DNA from: Candidatus Bathyarchaeia archaeon
GTDB lineage: Archaea > Thermoproteota > Bathyarchaeia > Bathyarchaeales > Bathycorpusculaceae
DNA length: 64,000 nt
Assembly (NCBI GenBank): GCA_038882955.1
Contig: JAVZNC010000002.1
Location: forward strand, 1-64,000
Reading direction: 5' to 3'
The stretch's first letter is position 1. The number at the start of each line of letters is the position of its first letter. The notes beneath the pieces were generated by a model, which did no database searches, was not told the origin of the DNA, and saw only the letters and a program-made list of their open reading frames with translations. Positions 1 through 8,775 of this stretch are shown piece after piece. The translations under genes and the position numbers were made by a program.

Positions 1-489
1 TTTTGAACCGGCAACTGCGACGCTTACTGGCCAGTTTAAACCGTTCTGACCACCGCGAGAGACAGAACTCGTGAAATTTGGTTGACCAACCACGATATCT
101 GCCGGAGCATAATTTGTTGTGGGAATTGAATTCCAAATCAGTACTCGATTGTTACAAGTATCCGCGACAAATAGACGCGCGCCATCTATAGCTACGCCCA
201 TAGGATGGTTTAGAAACGATGGCCCCCCACTTTCCTCAAGCCCAACGGGTCCCAACATTAGGTCTGCCGCTTGCCCTGTTGTGAACCAATCGGACGGGTT
301 CTCAAGCAACTGACTTTCTGAAAAGAAGCCAAGTTGCGTGTTTACTTCATTCATGGTTTTCGAAGCTTCAGTGGAAAAATAAGAGGCATTGAGAGCTAAG
401 ACGCTAACAATAAGCATTACTATAGCCAAAATTGGGATGATAACATTCCGTGAACACATCAAATTATCTGCTAACATTTTTCTTTTCAT
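1..489 (-). CDS. Secreted NHL-repeat (beta-propeller) protein, N-terminal part (runs off the window)
   Basis: Not in the ORF track. Manual translation from ATG 489 gives MKRKMLAD...IIPILAIVMLIVSVLA (signal/TM), then NHL-like units FLNHPMGVAIDGARLFVADTCNNRVLIW and ADIVVGQPNF...LNWPVSVAV, open to position 1. Confidence 0.8.
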   Translation of the reverse strand, partial: MKRKMLADNLMCSRNVIIPILAIVMLIVSVLALNASYFSTEASKTMNEVNTQLGFFSESQLLENPSDWFTTGQAADLMLGPVGLEESGGPSFLNHPMGVAIDGARLFVADTCNNRVLIWNSIPTTNYAPADIVVGQPNFTSSVSRGGQNGLNWPVSVAVAGSK

Positions 490-774
490 CCTTTTCAACT
501 AACCTATAAGAATAGTTTAAGAAAAAGAGAAGCCAAGATATCTATTTAATTTGCGAAACTGTAATCTATATTACAATTAAACAGAATATGTTCAAACACC
601 CACAAAAATTGGGCAGCCCAAGATAAGTTTGAATCCTCATCTCATCCACCAAATCATTAAGAAAAACAAACAGTTCCTGAAACCAAAATTCCGAGAATCT
701 AGACCGAGATCTAAACCTAACCCACGCACTTTTCTACGAAACCGCACTCTTATAGAATAATATTTGCAATATGC

Positions 775-802
775 TCTTCCGTTAGTCGCTGTTAACGGAA
801 AA
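775..802 (+). other. Xer/dif-like recombination site 1 (TCTTCCGTTAG-TCGCTG-TTAACGGAAAA)
   Basis: 11-6-11 imperfect palindrome (9/11 arm match); 777-806 matches 4273-4302 at 26/30. Confidence 0.65.
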
Positions 803-840
803 GTTGATTGTCAAGTAACAGAAAAATGGCGTTTAATTAT

Positions 841-3800
841 TTAGGGGGATTTCAATTTCTTCTTATTTACGAATATGATGGCAAGTGTCATGAGAATGAT
901 TAACATTGGTAGAATGATGGTTGATGGAAACTCGGGGATTATAATTAATGGCTCTTCAGTTAATGTGAGATCATTATTTGTTGTATCAATTTCACTTATA
1001 ACTGGCGAGATTTTAGCGTTTAAGATGTAGTTGCCATTATCAAAACCTGTTGTATTCCATACAAGCGAGATCGTTGCAAAAATTCCAGGTTCAAGCGTCA
1101 AGACATGCGATGCCACCGCTTTTGCGTTCGCGTAAATAGTAATGTTTAATGTTTCTGTGTAGGCGCCATGGTTGGCAACTGTAACGCTAACCTTAACCGT
1201 TTCGCCGTGGTTCACCAGATTTGAAGAAGGCGTAAGGTTGGTGACAACTGCGTCATGAATGAAGTTGTTGACGTACACCGTTAGTGATTGGTTGCTGGTA
1301 TTGCCTGTACTGTCATAGACTTTAACGAGGATTTCTGTCGCACCATTCTCAAGAGTTGTTGTGTTGAAATTGAAGCTAAAATATGAAACCGAGTAGGAGC
1401 TGAGGTCAAGCGTATCCACCAAGTTGCTATCTATGTATAGCTCCATTTTTTGAAGGCATAAATTGTCAGTTGCAGTACCGTTAATCTTTATAGTGCCATA
1501 GACTACGCTTTCTTCTAAGGGCCGTTCAACGTAAACTTTTGGTAGTTCAGTGTCGTCTGAAGGAAAGCCTGAAGCGGTGAATTCGACTTCTATAATTTCT
1601 GGAGTAGCTGCATCACCATTCTCTTCTTCCGCCATAATGAGGAATATGAATTTGCTGACTCCAGAAGCATGACTTGTAAAGTTGATACTGGGAATGGTCA
1701 CTGTCCAGTTTCCATCATGGTCTGGGTCAGTCATCTCGAAGCGCTCAAAGTTAGGAACCACAAGCGTGCCATTCGGGTTGGGAGGGCTCCAGTCGGGCGG
1801 TTGCATGTGAACTGCTACATGTGCCAAGTTGGTTTTATTCTCAATTTTAGCCCATAACGTCACGCTTGACGGTGGCGGCCAGGTGAATGTTTGCTTTGCG
1901 ATTGCGTAGCTTATCCATGGATATGGCCATTCGCAGTGCCCTATGTAGGTGTTTGCGGCTAATGCGCCATCGCCGTTGTTGGGTAAATAGCCACAGTGAC
2001 CGATTCTGTCACCGTTATCGTCTAACAGGGGGGTTTGTCCTGGCGATGCCATTCTTTGGCATGCGTAGTTGAAAGCGTCCATAATAGAGTGGCCAGATTT
2101 GATGGTGTTCCAGAAGGGTGTAGAAAATTGTTCCCATCCTCCAATAACCCACGAGGATTGGGACACATCACATGAAGTAACAATGATTCGTCCAGATTTT
2201 GATAGAGAGTTTATAAAAGTGCCACTGTAACAAGCTGCGTATATTACGTGCACAGAGGCGTTTGTCGTGGTTTCAAGATTGTTGATCCAATTGGTCATGA
2301 AATGTGGACGAACTACTTCATCGGGATTGATACAAAACTCAAAACTGCCGCCATGATCAAGGAGATAAATGAATAAAGGTGCAGTGGGGCTTACGCGGCT
2401 CGATGCCCATGATTCGATTGCCCATCGGAGATTCGCTACTGTCGAGTTTGCATCAACATCATTCTGGCCATCGCCATCCACATCTTCAGGGTTATATCGG
2501 GGCTGGTGCATCATGTAAATGTCCTCACCAGTATATCCAACTTGTCTAAGTATCTTGTAGACTTGATTGACTCCATAGTTATTAATGCCAACAATTTCAT
2601 CATCGGGCTTGCTTCCTGCTACAAGTATGCAGCAGCCGTCTCCCATTACGGTCATTGGTTGCATGCTGCCCATCCCATTGTTTATGACTTGCATTTCCTG
2701 AGAGAAACCAGTTATCGTAGATCGTATAACATAATTCTTTGGTTGAAATCCACCTGTTTGCCAAAGAAAAGAAACCTTCTCAATCGTTTGGGCGTCTAAG
2801 GATACGAGTTTTGTTCCAATGACTATATTTTCCGCATATACAGTTACGTTGAATTTTTCAGGATATTCCCCCGTGTTCTCAACCATCACATCTATAATGA
2901 CTGGCTTTCCCATTCGTGTGAGAACCTTGGATGTGCTGACGCTAAGAAGTGTAATCTCATGGGGTTGCCTTTGAAAGGGGGTAATCAAAGGATAATAATC
3001 TATGTTTTCAGTGTTGATTTGATAGGGTGTGTCGCCTATGCCGTCGCTGTTTGCGTCAACACTTGTGTAGTCACTCCAGTAGTTGCCGCTGGTGCTACTG
3101 TTCCATTTGTTGTAGAGGTTGTCGTTGGATAGGAAGAATACTTGATAGTCGATGCTGTAGACGAAGTTGTTGTGGTAGAAAGTGTTGTTGTCAGCATGAT
3201 TGTAGAGCTTTATGCCATAATCGTTATAGGTAAGGTTGTTGCCGAACACCGTGTTCAATGTTGAAACCGATTCGACACGTATGCCCTCCTCGTTATACCA
3301 TAGCTCATTTCCAGAGACAATGTTCTCTGAAGACGCGTACATTGATATACCGGCAGCGTATCGTGTTCTGTTGATTTTATTGCCATTTACCTTGTTCCGG
3401 TCTGATTCAACTAAGTGGATGCCCGCTTGATCAATATAGGTCATGATGTTGTCGCTTACAACGGAATTAGTGCACTGATAGAGATTTATGCCCTTATTGT
3501 TATGATCCAACGTGTTTGCTTGAATGATGTTTCCTGCCGATTGCATGAGGTTGATGCCGACGCCGCTACCAAGATTGGCTATGTTGTTGCAGATTATGGT
3601 GCTGTTGTTATTGAAACCGTAATCTGTGTAAACCCCTTGAAGCCCCCGCATAATCGTGTTGTTGACAATCGTGTTGAAATCTGCATTGCCGTGCAATCCA
3701 ATAGCGTAATTGTCATAGTCAAAGTAGTTGTTGGTGATGTTGCTATACATTGTGTTTTGAAGGAGTACTCCATAACTGTAGTTAATTATTTGAGTGTGCG

Positions 3801-4119
3801 TTATCGTAACGTTGTTCACTCCGTTTATGACGAAGCCGCTTACAGCCACTCCATAAGGCGTATTGTTACCATACAATCTATAACCATCACCATCAAATGT
3901 TATTCCGCTTTTTTGCACTATAATCGTAGCGTTAACGTTGCCAACAAGCGAATAGAGATCGCCAGAATGCACAATCAGTGGTGTAGTCGGGCTAACACTG
4001 CCATCAGGCAAAATGTAAATAGTTTCTATTTCCTCATGCACGCTGCCAATTATATTTACTTTTAATAATATGGAACATAAAACAAACAGAATCATTAAAC
4101 TTACAATACACTTTTTCAT
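841..4119 (-). CDS. Cell-surface multidomain protein: NosD/parallel beta-helix + CARDB + clan CD (C13/legumain-like) cysteine peptidase + Ig-like + CARDB + PEF-CTERM anchor
   Basis: Signal peptide; Asn-rich beta-helix repeats ending GNYWSDY; His-Cys dyad motifs FIYLLDHGG and YAACYSGTF; C-terminal IPEF + TM + basic tail. Confidence 0.8.
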   Translation of the reverse strand: MKKCIVSLMILFVLCSILLKVNIIGSVHEEIETIYILPDGSVSPTTPLIVHSGDLYSLVGNVNATIIVQKSGITFDGDGYRLYGNNTPYGVAVSGFVINGVNNVTITHTQIINYSYGVLLQNTMYSNITNNYFDYDNYAIGLHGNADFNTIVNNTIMRGLQGVYTDYGFNNNSTIICNNIANLGSGVGINLMQSAGNIIQANTLDHNNKGINLYQCTNSVVSDNIMTYIDQAGIHLVESDRNKVNGNKINRTRYAAGISMYASSENIVSGNELWYNEEGIRVESVSTLNTVFGNNLTYNDYGIKLYNHADNNTFYHNNFVYSIDYQVFFLSNDNLYNKWNSSTSGNYWSDYTSVDANSDGIGDTPYQINTENIDYYPLITPFQRQPHEITLLSVSTSKVLTRMGKPVIIDVMVENTGEYPEKFNVTVYAENIVIGTKLVSLDAQTIEKVSFLWQTGGFQPKNYVIRSTITGFSQEMQVINNGMGSMQPMTVMGDGCCILVAGSKPDDEIVGINNYGVNQVYKILRQVGYTGEDIYMMHQPRYNPEDVDGDGQNDVDANSTVANLRWAIESWASSRVSPTAPLFIYLLDHGGSFEFCINPDEVVRPHFMTNWINNLETTTNASVHVIYAACYSGTFINSLSKSGRIIVTSCDVSQSSWVIGGWEQFSTPFWNTIKSGHSIMDAFNYACQRMASPGQTPLLDDNGDRIGHCGYLPNNGDGALAANTYIGHCEWPYPWISYAIAKQTFTWPPPSSVTLWAKIENKTNLAHVAVHMQPPDWSPPNPNGTLVVPNFERFEMTDPDHDGNWTVTIPSINFTSHASGVSKFIFLIMAEEENGDAATPEIIEVEFTASGFPSDDTELPKVYVERPLEESVVYGTIKINGTATDNLCLQKMELYIDSNLVDTLDLSSYSVSYFSFNFNTTTLENGATEILVKVYDSTGNTSNQSLTVYVNNFIHDAVVTNLTPSSNLVNHGETVKVSVTVANHGAYTETLNITIYANAKAVASHVLTLEPGIFATISLVWNTTGFDNGNYILNAKISPVISEIDTTNNDLTLTEEPLIIIPEFPSTIILPMLIILMTLAIIFVNKKKLKSP

Positions 4120-4270
4120 GAAAGCTAACTTTCTTCGGTCTTAATAAAACTTCTGTAACAACTGAATAATTTTAGAAGCTAAAAAAGGAAATACTTGTTT
4201 GTTGTGTAAAAACAATGAAACTCGTGAAATAAAGAACTCCCTGATAGAATTACATAAAGATAATAGGCAA

Positions 4271-4298
4271 CGTTCGGTTAGTTGCAGTTAACGGAAAG
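4271..4298 (+). other. Xer/dif-like recombination site 2 (CGTTCGGTTAG-TTGCAG-TTAACGGAAAG)
   Basis: 11-6-11 layout, conserved right arm TTAACGGAAA. Confidence 0.65.
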
Positions 4299-4361
4299 GT
4301 TGTTTACTTATGGGGTGTAAGTGCTTACGGGAGGGGGACAAATTAACGGCACCTTAACAAT

Positions 4362-4436
4362 AGAATAGAAAAAGGGGGAATGTGCGGGAGAAATCGACAA
4401 CTTCTAATAGATTTGGCCGGACTATACTACCGGAGC
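4362..4436 (-). repeat. Direct repeat copy A: tRNA-Glu 5' fragment plus ~50-nt conserved flank (att-like)
   Basis: About 64/75 identity by manual alignment with 32033-32106. Confidence 0.85.
4413..4436 (-). pseudogene. tRNA-Glu-like 5' fragment (positions 1-21, GCTCCGGTAGTATAGTCCGGCCAA), no downstream tRNA body
   Basis: Acceptor 5' strand GCTCCGG, T8A9, D-stem strand and D-loop with G18G19 typical of archaeal tRNA-Glu; anticodon and T arms absent. Confidence 0.75.
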
Positions 4437-4452
4437 CCTGAACTATACTAGT

Positions 4453-4605
4453 CTATTTTCTTTTTCGATATATGGCCACGCCATCCTTCTCGCTATACCT
4501 TACATATTCAAAGCCAGCTTCTATTAATTTGCTTTCTTCTTCCAAGTTTCTGAAAGTGTGGAGTCGAATCTGTGGTAGTTGTGAAGTTTTCTTGCAATCT
4601 GGCAT
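4453..4605 (-). pseudogene. Tyrosine integrase remnant (internally deleted C-terminal fragment)
   Basis: Manual translation MPDCKKTSQLPQIRLHTFRNLEEESKLIEAGFEYVRYSEKDGVAIYRKRK*. The HxxR box is fused directly to a LIEAGFEYV...RKRK tail; the segment with the second His and catalytic Tyr is missing; IARKLHN lies in another frame just upstream. Confidence 0.7.
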
Positions 4606-4643
4606 TTAAAACCTCGCCTTACAATGATAAAATCCTTAAAATA

Positions 4644-4671
4644 TCTTCTCTTAATCATTGTTAACAGAAAA
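4644..4671 (+). other. Xer/dif-like recombination site 3 (TCTTCTCTTAA-TCATTG-TTAACAGAAAA)
   Basis: 11-6-11 imperfect palindrome (9/11), 22 bp from the stop codon of the terminal island gene. Confidence 0.6.
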
Positions 4672-4693
4672 ATCACTGTTGAACGGGGGCATG

Positions 4694-5599
4694 TCATTTA
4701 AATATTTTGAACAATGGGTGTTCTTTCTCTAAAGGTCTTACTTTTGATTCTTGTGCCAACGTGTATGCAACATAAGCGTCTGCTAGTGCACAGTAAAAGT
4801 AAGCGTTTTTCGCGTGTTCAATCGGTCCGTATAAGATGAAGTTGGCTCCGGCAAATATTGGAAAAACATTGGCTACGGTGCATGCAAGTAGATATTCGGT
4901 TTTTTCGAGTTTACGTCTGTCATTCCATCTGGCAACCGCGTTATGCGTTCCAGCTCCACTAGGCAGTCCGTATCTTTCTTTAATTAAGTAAATGGCTTTG
5001 CTTACGGGGCCTGGATCTGGTAAATCGAGAACCGCGGTGTCCACTAGCATGTTTTCTATGCCGGCCTTTTGGGCTACGCCTATAAGTTCATCCATTACTT
5101 GTAATCTTCCAGAAACTGTGGGATTTTTGGTATTAAGCGCTAGAAGTATTGCAGATTTAATTTTAGCCTCTTTGATTGCCGAGATTTCTTCCTCTTTAAT
5201 GTGGGGCGTTATAGAGTTATAAACCGTTCTTTCAGACAAGCCAGTTTCTTTAACGTATTTTAGCCCAGCGATTCGCACTTCGGCTGTCGCGCCGTCTATT
5301 GTAAATGGTCCTTTTATTGTATTCGCCACGAAATCTAAGAATTTTTCGAAGGCTTCAGGCCAAGAGCAGCAAACGTCAACTATTCTCGGGTTTCCTGTTT
5401 TTTTTGAGACTTCCTCTTCCTCTTTTAGCAGTTCTTCAGCTTTATCCTTATCAAACTCGCCTTTTCTCTCGTCCTTAACTATTTTGTGTTTATGGTAGAA
5501 TATGCTTCCAACCATAACTGTGGGAAGCTGGCCTGGTTGCCCTCCAACTTTTACACCAGATATGTTAAAAATTTTCTGTTCCTTTTCAAATCTGAACAT
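4694..5599 (-). CDS. MtrH-like methyl-corrinoid:tetrahydropterin methyltransferase (MtoA/MtgA-type MT2)
   Basis: N-terminus MFRFEKEQKIFNISGVKVGGQPGQLPTV.VGSIFY and C-terminal HPL motif typical of the MtrH family; no other mtr genes nearby. Confidence 0.85.
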   Translation of the reverse strand: MFRFEKEQKIFNISGVKVGGQPGQLPTVMVGSIFYHKHKIVKDERKGEFDKDKAEELLKEEEEVSKKTGNPRIVDVCCSWPEAFEKFLDFVANTIKGPFTIDGATAEVRIAGLKYVKETGLSERTVYNSITPHIKEEEISAIKEAKIKSAILLALNTKNPTVSGRLQVMDELIGVAQKAGIENMLVDTAVLDLPDPGPVSKAIYLIKERYGLPSGAGTHNAVARWNDRRKLEKTEYLLACTVANVFPIFAGANFILYGPIEHAKNAYFYCALADAYVAYTLAQESKVRPLEKEHPLFKIFK

Positions 5600-5605
5600 T
5601 CTTAA

Positions 5606-7495
5606 TCACCCGTTTAGAAGGCGACTTACTGATGGAAATCTATTTAAATTTTTATGCGGGATTAGCGTTGCTTCTGCAAATTCTTTATTGAAGTTCGGAT
5701 CTGCAGCCAATTCTACATAACGCACCTTCTCCGATATTGCATTAGCTTTTTCTCTGGCATCGATTGAGATTAGAGCCATTTTTGCGCCTACGATTGCTGT
5801 GTTACCAACAAACTCAATTTTATCCACCGGAATGTCTGGTATTAACCCTATAGCTATCGCGTTTTCAGTATCTATATAATTTCCAAAAGCTCCTGCAACG
5901 AAAACCCTATCAATATCTTTCTCTTTCAATTTTTTCTTCTTCATCAGTATTGAACAACCAGCGTATATAGCTGCTTTTGCAAGTTGTATTTCACGTATGT
6001 CCTTTTGTGTCACTGTAATTTCTTTTGCAGTTTTGGCTTCATTCGCCCAAGCAACAACGAATTCCATTTCGCCGTCCTTCTTCCGCAATCTTTCAGTTTT
6101 TATGTTGGGATTAATTTTTCCTCCAGAGTCTATTATTTTACGCTTAAACATTTCTGCCACCAAGTCGATCATAGCTGAACCGCATAATCCAATAGGTTTT
6201 TCATCCCCTATTGTTGTGTATTCAACATCAAAATTTTGATTTATTTGAACTCTCTCTATAGCACCTTTCACAGCCTTTACTCCATGCTTAATGTGAAAGC
6301 CTTCAAATGCTGGGCCGGAAGCGCACGAGCATGAAAGCATATCACGACAGTTACCTACCAATACTTCTGTATTCGTTCCTACATCGATCAGCATGGAAAT
6401 CTCTTCCGAATCACATATTCCGCACGCTAAAGCATCTGCAACGGCATCAGCTCCGACGAATCCAGCTATAACTGGAAGGAGTGTTACGATTCCTGATGGA
6501 TTTATCCTCATTTTTAATTCACTAGCCTTAACGTTTACTTGTTTTTTTACCGCAGGCGTAAAAGGTGACAATGCAACATGTTTTGGCTGAATCCCAAGGA
6601 ACAGGTGGTGCATGGCAGTGTTACCCACAACCACAACTTCATATATCTTATTTGGATCGCGGTTTCTCCTTTTACACACGTCGCCTATTATTCCATTTAT
6701 GGAATCTACAACAACTTTTTGAAGAGATCTCAAATTTTCGGGACGAGTCGCCGCAAAAGTTATTCTACTTATTATATCCTCGCCATAGGCAAGTTGAGGA
6801 TTTTCAAGTGATTCTATGTCAAGGGTTTTGCCGTTCATCAAATCTACCAAATAACACACGATTTTTGAAGTCCCTATATCCACGGCTAAGCCGAGCATTT
6901 CGTTGGATGTATCTCCTGGTTCTATAGAGATCATTTTGCACATATTCCAGATGGTTGCTGTCACGTTGAAGTTTGACTGACGAAGGGTTGTAGGTAACTC
7001 CCTGAGAATTTTATAGTCTATTTCTATGCTATTAGACTTGTAAATGCGTGGCAATGAGTCAACCACTCTTTCGTAATCTGGTCGTATGTCTGATAGCGTA
7101 GGTTCAGGCATTATGACGTGAATTTTTCTTACGGCAGGTTTTGGCGGCAAGGGTTTCTCAATTCCAACAACTTGAATTCTTCTGGTTTTCAGATGACTCT
7201 CAACTGGAAGCATGACGGTTGTATCTCTCAAAACTCTGGCTTGGCACGCCAACCTATAGCCTTGGCGAATTTCAGAAGCAGATAAATGCTTCTTTTCAGA
7301 CTCTGTCAGTTCACTTAAATCCGCGGGTTCTTTAACAACCACCCTACATTTTCCACATAACCCGGCTCCACCACATTCAGATCTAATGCGGATGCCGGCA
7401 TCTCTAGCTGCTGTGAAAATCGTGTTTCCCGCTTGTACTTCAATTTTCTTTGAAATTGGTTCAAACATGACTTTCACATTTTTGTTTAAAGCCAT
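5606..7495 (-). CDS. Reductive activator of corrinoid proteins (RACo/RamA-like; 2Fe-2S ferredoxin + ASKHA ATPase)
   Basis: CGGAGLCGKC...RLAC 2Fe-2S motif; DIGTS, GFVGAD, DVGTNTE, GPAFEG, AGAFG motifs; start refined to ATG 7495. Confidence 0.9.
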   Translation of the reverse strand: MALNKNVKVMFEPISKKIEVQAGNTIFTAARDAGIRIRSECGGAGLCGKCRVVVKEPADLSELTESEKKHLSASEIRQGYRLACQARVLRDTTVMLPVESHLKTRRIQVVGIEKPLPPKPAVRKIHVIMPEPTLSDIRPDYERVVDSLPRIYKSNSIEIDYKILRELPTTLRQSNFNVTATIWNMCKMISIEPGDTSNEMLGLAVDIGTSKIVCYLVDLMNGKTLDIESLENPQLAYGEDIISRITFAATRPENLRSLQKVVVDSINGIIGDVCKRRNRDPNKIYEVVVVGNTAMHHLFLGIQPKHVALSPFTPAVKKQVNVKASELKMRINPSGIVTLLPVIAGFVGADAVADALACGICDSEEISMLIDVGTNTEVLVGNCRDMLSCSCASGPAFEGFHIKHGVKAVKGAIERVQINQNFDVEYTTIGDEKPIGLCGSAMIDLVAEMFKRKIIDSGGKINPNIKTERLRKKDGEMEFVVAWANEAKTAKEITVTQKDIREIQLAKAAIYAGCSILMKKKKLKEKDIDRVFVAGAFGNYIDTENAIAIGLIPDIPVDKIEFVGNTAIVGAKMALISIDAREKANAISEKVRYVELAADPNFNKEFAEATLIPHKNLNRFPSVSRLLNG

Positions 7496-7721
7496 ATTTT
7501 GTCGCCTATCTAAAAGGTGGCTAGGTTTCAACGCTTTTATTATTTTCCTTATTTCGTTCATATTTTCTTTTTAATTCAGCAACTTGTATGAAATGGACAA
7601 CTTTCTTCCCCTTTATACGCTACACTTCATCCGCGTTCATGGATGTTGATGTAAACTTTTAAAAATAAAGGATCTAACCATATATACTTTCCAATCATTG
7701 ATTTACAGGTGGTGTCAAAAC

Positions 7722-8768
7722 TTGGATGAAAAACGCGTGAAAGCTGAGGATTTATTCAATTTTTGTGTAAGCGTTCTTAAACGTGTTGGCGTGAAGGATG
7801 ACGACGCGAAAATAATTGCGGATAATCTAATTTTAGCTAATTTGAGGGGTGTGGATTCACATGGCATTGCAAGGCTACCAACTTATGTTGAAAGGGTCGT
7901 AAGAGGGCATATCAACCCGCAAGGTTCAATAGAGATTGTGAAGGAGCATGGTGCAACGGTGCTTATAGATGCGCATAATAATTTTGGCCAAGTTGCTGCA
8001 ATGCATGCAACCAACCTAGCAGCTCAAAAAGCTAGAAAGTTTGGGGTGTCATCCATTGGAGTTAGAAACGCCAACCATTTTGGCATGGCCGCGTATTATG
8101 CGCTTAAGCTTACTGACCAGAAACTGATAGGCATAGTTTTATCAAATAGTCCACCAGCCATCCCCCCATGGGGAGGAAAAACGCCCATGTTCGGCACCAA
8201 TCCAATCTGCATAGGTTTTCCAATGAGCAAAGGTGATTCCATTATTTTAGATATGGCTATAAGTGCCGCTGCGCGCGGAAAAATACGGCTGGCAGCATTA
8301 AAGGGTGAAAAAATACCTGAAGGCTGGGCCTTTGATGACGAAGGAAATCCAACAACCGATCCGGCGGCTGCTCTCAAGGGGTCGCTTGCCCCGATAGGTG
8401 GACCTAAGGGTTATGGATTGGCTCTTGTGTTGGATTTGCTTTGTGGATTGGTTACTGGTTCATGTTATCTTCGGAATGTTAAAGCGCTTGATGATTTCAG
8501 CGGACGCTCTGGAACTGGCTTCTTTATTGAAGCTATTGACATCGAGTCATTTATTCCCTATAAAGAGTATGAGGAAAAAATTGCTAGCTACGCAAAAGAG
8601 GTTAAAGATTGCCCTAAAAGAGATGGGGTAAATGAAATATTTTTGCCAGGGGAAATTGAGAAAAGGGAGTTGGAGCGCAGAGTTAAACTTGGTATACCGC
8701 TAGATCAAGAAGTTGTATCAGCGTTAAAAAAATTGGCTGAGAGATTTGGCGTAAAGCCTCCAGTTTAA
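7722..8768 (+). CDS. Ldh_2 family 2-hydroxyacid dehydrogenase (ComC/AllD/malate type 2)
   Basis: RGVDSHG, NHFG, GTNP, DMA, GGPKGYGL, PGE motifs; TTG start after a GGTGG RBS. Confidence 0.85.
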   Translation: MDEKRVKAEDLFNFCVSVLKRVGVKDDDAKIIADNLILANLRGVDSHGIARLPTYVERVVRGHINPQGSIEIVKEHGATVLIDAHNNFGQVAAMHATNLAAQKARKFGVSSIGVRNANHFGMAAYYALKLTDQKLIGIVLSNSPPAIPPWGGKTPMFGTNPICIGFPMSKGDSIILDMAISAAARGKIRLAALKGEKIPEGWAFDDEGNPTTDPAAALKGSLAPIGGPKGYGLALVLDLLCGLVTGSCYLRNVKALDDFSGRSGTGFFIEAIDIESFIPYKEYEEKIASYAKEVKDCPKRDGVNEIFLPGEIEKRELERRVKLGIPLDQEVVSALKKLAERFGVKPPV

Positions 8769-8775
8769 ATGGTTC

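Noticed and set aside
554-581. CGAAACTGTAA-TCTATA-TTACAATTAAA as a fifth dif-like site
   Set aside because: It has TAA-N6-TTA geometry, but the arms do not resemble the other four sites and it adjoins a promoter; more likely an operator or chance.
590-770. Possible gene remnant on the minus strand with a short CCGAGA(A)TCTA duplication
   Set aside because: No recognisable motif or clear start; cannot be supported without a search.
815-825. GTAACAGAAAA half-site next to site 1 (and a CTTCCGTTA half-site near 21507)
   Set aside because: No partner arm at 6-bp spacing.
3415-4065. 216-aa plus-strand ORF and other long antisense ORFs (35046-35882, 56535-57413, 59238-59795)
   Set aside because: Shadow frames opposite well-supported genes, with no motifs.
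4413-4436. Complete or intron-containing tRNA-Glu gene (also at 32083-32106)
   Set aside because: No anticodon arm, TTC T-loop or CCGGAGC acceptor 3' strand found downstream within the intergenic sequence.
4694-5599. MtrH as evidence of methanogenesis
   Set aside because: No mtrA-G or mcr genes; the context (RACo, corrinoid protein, MT1) fits a soluble methyltransferase system.
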